From Squalus acanthias (taxonomy: Eukaryota): DNA of 64,000 bases. Within the stretch, counting starts at the first letter, position 1. Each line of letters begins with the position of its first letter. The notes beneath the pieces are model-generated. The model searched no databases. It saw only the letters and a program-made list of their open reading frames with translations, and was not told the origin of the DNA. The stretch lies in assembly GCA_030390025.1 (NCBI GenBank), contig CM059432.1:114950001-115014000 (forward strand), in the 5' to 3' direction. Positions 53,801 through 64,000 of this stretch are shown piece by piece. A program made the position numbers and the translations under genes.

Positions 53801-56800
53801 AGTGCTAACAATCCTGATTTCAGACAATGCACAGTGCTAACAATCCCGATTTCAGACAACGCACAGTGCTAACAATCCCGATTTCAGACAATGCACAGCG
53901 CTAACAATCCCGATTTCAGACAAAGCACAGTGCTAACAATCCCGATTTCAGACAGAGCACAGTGCTAACAATCCTGATTTCAGATTAAGCACAGTGCTAA
54001 CAATCCTGATTTCAGATTAAGCACAGTGCTAACAATCCTGATTTCAGACAACGCACAGTGCTAACAATCCCGATTTCAGATTAAGCACAGTGCTAACAAT
54101 CCTGATTTCAGACAAAGCACAGTGCTAACAATCCTGATTTCAGACAACGCACAGTGCTAACAATCCCGATTTCAGACAGAGCACAGTGCTAACAATCCCG
54201 ATTTCAGACAAAGCACAGTGCTAACAATCCCGATTTCAGACAAAGCACAGTGCTAACAATCCCGATTTCAGATTAAGCACAGTGCTAACAATCCTGATTT
54301 CAGACAGAGCACAGCGCTAACAATCCCGATTTCAGAAAACGCACAGTGCTAACAATCCCGATTTCAGACAACGCACAGTGTTAACAATCCCGATTTCAGA
54401 CAACGCACAGCACTAACAATCCCGATTTCAGACAAAGCACAGTGCTAACAATCCCGATTTCAGACAACGCACAGTGCTAACAATCCCGATTTCAGACAAA
54501 GCACAGCGCTAACAATCCCGATTTCAGACAAAGCACAGCGCTAACAATCCCGATTTCAGATTAAGCACAGTGCTAACAATCCCGATTTCAGATTAAGCAC
54601 AGTGCTAACAATCCCGATTTCAGGTTAAGCACAGTGCTAACAATCCCGATTTCAGGTTAAGCACAGTGCTAACAATCCCGATTTCAGACAATGCACAGTG
54701 CTAACAATCCCGATTTCAGACAACGCACAGTGCTAACAATCCTGATTTCAGACAACGCACAGTGCTAACAATCCCGATTTCAGACAACGCACAGTGCTAA
54801 CAATCCTGATTTCAGACAACGCACAGTGCTAACAATCCCGATTTCAGATTAAGCACAGTGCTAACAATCCCGATTTCAGATTAAGCACAGCGCTAACAAT
54901 CCCGATTTCAGACAACGCACAGTGCTAACAATCCTGATTTCAGACAACGCACAGTGCTAACAATCCTGATTTCAGACAACGCACAGTGCTAACAATCCCG
55001 ATTTCAGACAACGCACAGTGCTAACAATCCCGATTTCAGACAACGCACAGTGCTAACAATCCCGATTTCAGATTAAGCACAGCGCTAACAATCCCGATTT
55101 CAGACAACGCACAGTGCTAACAATCCTGATTTCAGACAGAGCACAGTGCTAACAATCCCGATTTCAGACAACGCACAGTGCTAACAATCCCGATTTCAGA
55201 CAAAGCACAGTACTAACAATCCCGATTTCAGACAACGCACAGTGCTAACAATCCCGATTTCAGACAATGCACAGCGCTAACAATCCCGATTTCAGACAAA
55301 GCACAGTGCTAACAATCCCGATTTCAGACAGAGCACAGTGCTAACAATCCTGATTTCAGATTAAGCACAGTGCTAACAATCCTGATTTCAGATTAAGCAC
55401 AGTGCTAACAATCCTGATTTCAGACAACGCACAGTGCTAACAATCCCGATTTCAGATTAAGCACAGCGCTAACAATCCCGATTTCAGACAACGCACAGTG
55501 CTAACAATCCCGATTTCAGAAAATGCACAGTGCTAACAATCCCGATTTCAGACAGAGCACAGTGCTAAAAATCCCGATTTCAGACAACGCACAGTGCTAA
55601 CAATCCCGATTTCAGACAACGCACAGCGCTAACAATCCTGATTTCAGACAACGCACAGTACTAACAATCCTGATTTCAGACAACGCACAGTGCTAACAAT
55701 CCGGATTTCAGACAAAGCACAGTGCTAACAATCCCGATTTCAGACAAAGCACAGTGCTAACAATCCCGATTTCAGACAACGCACAGTGCTAACAATCCCG
55801 ATTTCAGATTAAGCACAGCGCTAACAATCCCGATTTCAGATTAAGCACAGTGCTAACAATCCCGATTTCAGACAACGCACAGTGCTAACAATCCCGATTT
55901 CAGACAGAGCACAGTGCTAACAATCCCGATTTCAGACAACGCACAGTGCTAACAATCCCGATTTCAGACAGAGCACAGTGCTAACAATCCCGATTTCAGA
56001 CAACGCACAGTGCTAACAATCCCGATTTCAGACAATGCACAGTGCTAACAATCCCGATTTCAGACAACGCACAGTGCTAACAATCCCGATTTCAGACAAC
56101 GCACAGTGCTAACAATCCCGATTTCAGACAATGCACAGTGCTAACAATCCTGATTTCAGATTAAGCACAGCGCTAACAATCCCGATTTCAGATTAAGCAC
56201 AGTGCTAACAATCCCGATTTCAGATTAAGCACAGCGCTAACAATCCCGATTTCAGATTAAGCACAGTGCTAACAATCCCGATTTCAGACAACGCACAGCG
56301 CTAACAATCCCGATTTCAGATTAAGCACAGTGCTAACAATCCCGATTTCAGACAAAGCACAGTGCTAACAATCCCGATTTCAGACAGAGCACAGTGCTAA
56401 CAATCCCGATTTCAGACAACTCACAGTGCTAACAATCCCGATTTCAGACAACGCACAGTGCTAACAATCCCGATTTCAGACAATGCACAGTGCTAACAAT
56501 CCCGATTTCAGACAACGCACAGTGCTAACAATCCCGATTTCAGACAACGCACAGTGCTAACAATCCCGATTTCAGACAATGCACAGTGCTAACAATCCCG
56601 ATTTCAGACAATGCACAGTGCTAACAATCCCGATTTCAGACAATGCACAGTGCTAACAATCCCGATTTCAGACAACGCACAGTGCTAACAATCCCGATTT
56701 CAGACAATGCACAGTGCTAACAATCCCGATTTCAGACAACGCACAGTGCTAACAATCCCGATTTCAGACAACGCACAGTGCTAACAATCCCGATTTCAGA

Positions 56801-59800
56801 TTAAGCACAGCGCTAACAATCCCGATTTCAGATTAAGCACAGTGCTAACAATCCCGATTTCAGACAACGCACAGTGCTAACAATCCCGATTTCAGACAGA
56901 GCACAGTGCTAACAATCCCGATTTCAGACAACGCACAGTGCTAACAATCCCGATTTCAGACAACGCACAGTGCTAACAATCCCGATTTCAGACAATGCAC
57001 AGTGCTAACAATCCTGATTTCAGACAATGCACAGTGCTAACAATCCCGATTTCAGACAACGCACAGTGCTAACAATCCCGATTTCAGACAATGCACAGTG
57101 CTAACAATCCCGATTTCAGACAACGCACAGTGCTAACAATCCGGATTTCAGACAACGCACAGTGCTAACAGTCCCGATTTCAGACAATGCACAGTGCTAA
57201 CAATCCTGATTTCAGACAATGCACAGTGCTAACAATCCCGATTTCAGACAATGCACAGTGCTAACAATCCCGATTTCAGACAATGCACAGTGCTAACAAT
57301 CCCGATTTCAGACAACGCACAGTGCTAACAATCCCGATTTCAGACAACGCACAGTGCTAACAATCCTGATTTCAGACAACGCACAGTGCTAACAATCCCG
57401 ATTTCAGATTAAGCACAGTGCTAACAATCCTGATTTCAGACAAAGCACAGTGCTAACAATCCTGATTTCAGACAACGCACAGTGCTAACAATCCCGATTT
57501 CAGACAGAGCACAGTGCTAACAATCCCGATTTCAGACAAAGCACAGTGCTAACAATCCCGATTTCAGACAAAGCACAGTGCTAACAATCCCGATTTCAGA
57601 TTAAGCACAGTGCTAACAATCCTGATTTCAGACAGAGCACAGCGCTAACAATCCCGATTTCAGAAAACGCACAGTGCTAACAATCCCGATTTCAGACAAC
57701 GCACAGTGTTAACAATCCCGATTTCAGACAACGCACAGCACTAACAATCCCGATTTCAGACAAAGCACAGTGCTAACAATCCCGATTTCAGACAACGCAC
57801 AGTGCTAACAATCCCGATTTCAGACAAAGCACAGCGCTAACAATCCCGATTTCAGACAAAGCACAGCGCTAACAATCCCGATTTCAGATTAAGCACTGTG
57901 CTAACAATCCCGATTTCAGATTAAGCACAGTGCTAACAATCCCGATTTCAGGTTAAGCACAGTGCTAACAATCCCGATTTCAGGTTAAGCACAGTGCTAA
58001 CAATCCCGATTTCAGACAAAGCACAGCGCTAACAATCCCGATTTCAGATTAAGCACAGTGCTAACAATCCCGATTTCAGACAACGCACAGTGCTAACAAT
58101 CCCGATTTCAGACAGAGCACAGTGCTAACAATCCCGATTTCAGACAACGCACAGTGCTAACAATCCCGATTTCAGACAGAGCACAGTGCTAACAATCCCG
58201 ATTTCAGACAACGCACAGTGCTAACAATCCCGATTTCAGACAATGCACAGTGCTAACAATCCCGATTTCAGACAACGCACAGTGCTAACAATCCCGATTT
58301 CAGACAACGCACAGTGCTAACAATCCCGATTTCAGATTAAGCACAGCGCTAACAATCCCGATTTCAGATTAAGCACAGTGCTAACAATCCCGATTTCAGA
58401 CAACGCACAGCGCTAACAATCCCGATTTCAGATTAAGCACAGTGCTAACAATCCCAATTTCAGACAAAGCACAGTGCTAACAATCCCGATTTCAGACAGA
58501 GCACAGTGCTAACAATCCCGATTTCAGACAACTCACAGTGCTAACAATCCCGATTTCAGACAACGCACAGTGCTAACAATCCCGATTTCAGACAATGCAC
58601 AGTGCTAACAATCCCGATTTCAGACAACGCACAGTGCTAACAATCCCGATTTCAGACAACGCACAGTGCTAACAATCCCGATTTCAGACAATGCACAGTG
58701 CTAACAATCCCGATTTCAGACAACGCACAGTGCTAACAATCCCGATTTCAGACAATGCACAGTGCTAACAATCCCGATTTCAGACAACGCACAGTGCTAA
58801 CAATCCCGATTTCAGACAATGCACAGTGCTAACAATCCCGATTTCAGACAACGCACAGTGCTAACAATCCCGATTTCAGACAACGCACAGTGCTAACAAT
58901 CCCGATTTCAGATTAAGCACAGCGCTAACAATCCCGATTTCAGATTAAGCACAGTGCTAACAATCCCGATTTCAGACAACGCACAGTGCTAACAATCCCG
59001 ATTTCAGACAGAGCACAGTGCTAACAATCCCGATTTCAGACAACGCACAGTGCTAACAATCCCGATTTCAGACAACGCACAGTGCTAACAATCCCGATTT
59101 CAGACAATGCACAGTGCTAACAATCCTGATTTCAGACAATGCACAGTGCTAACAATCCCGATTTCAGACAACGCACAGTGCTAACAATCCCGATTTCAGA
59201 CAATGCACAGTGCTAACAATCCCGATTTCAGACAACGCACAGTGCTAACAATCCGGATTTCAGACAACGCACAGTGCTAACAATCCCGATTTCAGACAAT
59301 GCACAGTGCTAACAATCCCGATTTCAGATTAAGCACAGTGCTAACAATCCCGATTTCAGATTAAGCACAGCGCTAACAATCCCGATTTCAGACAACGCAC
59401 AGTGCTAACAATCCTGATTTCAGACAACGCACAGTGCTAACAATCCTGATTTCAGACAACGCACAGTGCTAACAATCCCGATTTCAGACAACGCACAGTG
59501 CTAACAATCCCGATTTCAGACAACGCACAGTGCTAACAATCCCGATTTCAGATTAAGCACAGCGCTAACAATCCCAATTTCAGACAACGCACAGTGCTAA
59601 CAATCCTGATTTCAGACAGAGCACAGTGCTAACAATCCCGATTTCAGACAACGCACAGTGCTAACAATCCCGATTTCAGATTAAGCACAGCGCTAACAAT
59701 CCCGATTTCAGACAACGCACAGTGCTAACAATCCGATTTCAGACAACGCACAGTGCTAACAATCCTGATTTCAGACAACGCACAGCGCTAACAATCCTGA

Positions 59801-62800
59801 TTTCAGACAGAGCACAGTGCTAACAATCCTGATTTCAGACAACGCACAGTGCTAACAATCCCGATTTCAGATTAAGCACAGTGCTAACAATCCCGATTTC
59901 AGATTAAGCACAGTACTAACAATCCCGATTTCAGATTAAGCACAGTGCTAACAATCCCGATTTCAGACAGAGCACAGTACTAACAATCCCGATTTCAGAT
60001 TAAGCACAGTGCTAACAATCCCGATTTCAGACAACGCACAGTGCTAACAATCCCGATTTCAGATTAAGCACAGCGCTAACAATCCCGATTTCAGATTAAG
60101 CACAGTGCTAACAATCCCGATTTGAGATTAAGCACAGTGCTAACAATCCTGATTTCAGACAATGCACAGTGCTAACAATCCTGATTTCAGACAATGCACA
60201 GTGCTAACAATCCCGATTTCAGACAATGCACAGTGCTAACAATCCCGATTTCAGACAATGCACAGTGCTAACAATCCCGATTTCAGACAACGCACAGTGC
60301 TAACAATCCCGATTTCAGACAATGCACAGTGCTAACAATCCCGATTTCAGACAATGCACAGTGCTAACAATCCCGATTTCAGACAACGCACAGTGCTAAC
60401 AATCCCGATTTCAGACAAAGCACAGTACTAACAATCCTGATTTCAGACAACGCACAGTGCTAACAATCCCGATTTCAGACAAAGCACAGTGCTAACAATC
60501 CCGATTTCAGACAATGCACAGTGCTAACAATCCCGATTTCAGACAACGCACAGTGCTAACAATCCCGATTTCAGACAGAGCACAGTGCTAACAATCCCGA
60601 TTTCAGACAACGCACAGTGCTAACAATCCCGATTTCAGACAGAGCACAGTGCTAACAATCCCGATTTCAGATTAAGCACAGTACTAACAATCCTGATTTC
60701 AGACAACGCACAGTGCTAACAATCCCGATTTCAGATTAAGCACAGTACTAACAATCCTGATTTCAGACAACGCACAGTACTAACAATCCCGATTTCAGAC
60801 AAAGCACAGTGCTAACAATCCCGATTTCAGACAGAGCACAGTGCTAACAATCCCGATTTCAGACAACACACAGTGCTAACAATCCCGATTTCAGATTAAG
60901 CACAGTGCTAACAATCCCGATTTCAGATTAAGCACAGTGCTAACAATCCCGATTTCAGATTAAGCACAGTACTAACAATCCCGATTTCAGACAGACCACA
61001 GTGCTAACAATCCCGATTTCAGACAGAGCACAGTGCTAACAATCCCGATTTCAGATTAAGCACAGTGCTAACAATCCCGATTTCAGATTAAGCACAGTAC
61101 TAACAATCCCGATTTCAGATTAAGCACAGTGCTAACAATCCCGATTTCAGATTAAGCACAGTGCTAACAATCCCGATTTCAGATTAAGCACAGTACTAAC
61201 AATCCCGATTTCAGACAGAGCACAGTGCTAACAATCCCGATTTCAGACAATGCACAGTGCTAACAATCCTGATTTCAGACAACGCACAGTGCTAACAATC
61301 CCGATTTCAGACAATGCACAGTGCTAACAATCCTGATTTCAGACAAAGCACAGCGCTAACAATCCCGATTTCAGACAACGCACAGTGCTAACAATCCTGA
61401 TTTCAGACAACGCACAGTGCTAACAATCCTGATTTCAGATTAAGCACAGTGCTAACAATCCTGATTTCAGACAAAGCACAGCGCTAACAATCCCGATTTC
61501 AGATTAAGCACAGTGCTAACAATCCCGATTTCAGACAGAGCACAGTGCTAACAATCCCGATTTCAGATTAAGCACAGCGCTAACAATCCCGATTTCAGAT
61601 TAAGCACAGTGCTAACAATCCTGATTTCAGACAAAGCACAGCGCTAACAATCCCGATTTCAGACAAAGCACAGTGCTAACAATCCCGATTTCAGACAAAG
61701 CACAGCGCTAACAATCCTGATTTCAGACAAAGCACAGCGCTAACAATCCTGATTTCAGACAACGCACAGTGCTAACAATCCCGATTTCAGATTAAGCACA
61801 GTGCTAACAATCCCGATTTCAGATTAAGCACAGTGCTAACAATCCTGATTTCAGACAATGCACAGTGCTAACAATCCCAATTTCAGACAAAGCACAGTGA
61901 TAACAATCCTGATTTCAGATTAAGCACAGTGCTAACAATCCCGATTTCAGATTAAGCACAGTGCTAACAATCCCGATTTCAGACAACGCACAGTACTAAC
62001 AATCCCGATTTCAGACAGAGCACAGTGCTAACAATCCCGATTTCAGACAATGCACAGTGCTAACAATCCTGATTTCAGACAGAGCACAGTGCTAACAATC
62101 CTGATTTCAGACAATGCACAGTGCTAACAATCCCGATTTCAGACAAAGCACAGTGCTAACAATCCTGATTTCAGACAATGCACAGTGCTAACAATCCCGA
62201 TTTCAGACAACGCACAGTGCTAACAATCCCGATTTCAGACAGAGCACAGTGCTAACAATCCTGATTTCAGATTAAGCACAGTGCTAACAATCCTGATTTC
62301 AGATTAAGCACAGTGCTAACAATCCTGATTTCAGACAACGCACAGTGCTAACAATCCCGATTTCAGATTAAGCACAGTGCTAACAATCCTGATTTCAGAC
62401 AAAGCACAGTGCTAACAATCCTGATTTCAGACAACGCACAGTGCTAACAATCCCGATTTCAGACAAAGCACAGCGCTAACAATCCCGATTTCAGACAAAG
62501 CACAGTGCTAACAATCCCGATTTCAGATTAAGCACAGTGCTAACAATCCTGATTTCAGACAGAGCACAGCGCTAACAATCCCGATTTCAGAAAACGCACA
62601 GTGCTAACAATCCCGATTTCAGACAACGCACAGTGTTAACAATCCCGATTTCAGACAACGCACAGCACTAACAATCCCGATTTCAGACAAAGCACAGTGC
62701 TAACAATCCCGATTTCAGACAACGCACAGTGCTAACAATCCCGATTTCAGACAAAGCACAGCGCTAACAATCCCGATTTCAGACAAAGCACAGCGCTAAC

Positions 62801-64000
62801 AATCCCGATTTCAGATTAAGCACAGTGCTAACAATCCCGATTTCAGATTAAGCACAGTGCTAACAATCCCGATTTCAGGTTAAGCATAGTGCTAACAATC
62901 CCGATTTCAGGTTAAGCACAGTGCTAACAATCCCGATTTCAGACAATGCACAGTGCTAACAATCCCGATTTCAGACAACGCACAGTGCTAACAATCCTGA
63001 TTTCAGACAACGCACAGTGCTAACAATCCCGATTTCAGACAACGCACAGTGCTAACAATCCTGATTTCAGACAACGCACAGTGCTAACAATCCCGATTTC
63101 AGATTAAGCACAGTGCTAACAATCCCGATTTCAGATTAAGCACAGCGCTAACAATCCCGATTTCAGACAACGCACAGTGCTAACAATCCTGATTTCAGAC
63201 AACGCACAGTGCTAACAATCCTGATTTCAGACAACGCACAGTGCTAACAATCCCGATTTCAGACAACGCACAGTGCTAACAATCCCGATTTCAGACAACG
63301 CACAGTGCTAACAATCCCGATTTCAGATTAAGCACAGCGCTAACAATCCCGATTTCAGACAACGCACAGTGCTAACAATCCTGATTTCAGACAGAGCACA
63401 GTGCTAACAATCCCGATTTCAGACAACGCACAGTGCTAACAATCCCGATTTCAGACAAAGCACAGTACTAACAATCCCGATTTCAGACAACGCACAGTGC
63501 TAACAATCCCGATTTCAGACAATGCACAGCGCTAACAATCCCGATTTCAGACAAAGCACAGTGCTAACAATCCCGATTTCAGACAGAGCACAGTGCTAAC
63601 AATCCTGATTTCAGATTAAGCACAGTGCTAACAATCCTGATTTCAGATTAAGCACAGTGCTAACAATCCTGATTTCAGACAACGCACAGTGCTAACAATC
63701 CCGATTTCAGATTCAGCACAGTGCTAACAATCCTGATTTCAGACAAAGCACAGTGCTAACAATCCTGATTTCAGACAACGCACAGTGCTAACAATCCCGA
63801 TTTCAGACAGAGCACAGTGCTAACAATCCCGATTTCAGACAAAGCACAGTGCTAACAATCCCGATTTCAGACAAAGCACAGTGCTAACAATCCCGATTTC
63901 AGATTAAGCACAGTGCTAACAATCCTGATTTCAGACAGAGCACAGCGCTAACAATCCCGATTTCAGAAAACGCACAGTGCTAACAATCCCGATTTCAGAC
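41852..64000. repeat. 32-bp tandem satellite, consensus GCACAGTGCTAACAATCCCGATTTCAGA-NNNN, about 690 units, continuing past the window end
   Basis: 32-bp period read directly (gatttcag at 41881 and 41913); slot variants CAAC, CAAT, CAAA, CAGA, TTAA, CAGG, AAAC; 1-bp deletions near 53645 and 59733. Confidence 0.99.

Noticed and set aside
41852..64000. CRISPR array (constant repeat plus variable segment)
   Set aside because: The variable part is only 4 nt from a few reused alleles; no unique spacers, no cas genes, eukaryotic context
41852..64000. Coding repeat such as a zinc-finger or mucin array
   Set aside because: The period of 32 is not a multiple of 3, stops recur in every frame, and the ORF track is empty there
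41852..64000. Canonical 12/23 RSS array, or tRNA/Pol III gene array
   Set aside because: No nonamer at 12 or 23 nt on either strand; A- and B-box similarity is too weak and there is no cloverleaf

Overview
Repeat-dominated eukaryotic genomic DNA, most likely from a cartilaginous fish (inferred from an HE1/V-SINE, a Deu-domain SINE and shark-type CR1 tails). No intact host gene is visible. Bases 1-41.8 kb are a nested stack of mobile elements: the 3' part of a young GC-rich Gypsy element with its 3' LTR, about eight CR1 LINE copies, an L2 LINE, three tRNA-derived SINEs, a decayed two-gene PIF/Harbinger transposon with several related MITEs, two Tigger-type MITEs and small relics. The unique DNA between them carries co-oriented minus-strand splice signals, suggesting a decayed multi-exon gene. 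From 41,852 to the window end is a 32-bp satellite (about 690 units) with a hypervariable 4-nt slot, multi-kb higher-order duplications, and a perfect V(D)J RSS heptamer (CACAGTG) in most units. I cannot confirm a new biological system; the heptamer satellite, the Harbinger/MITE set and the candidate pseudogene are the best leads.
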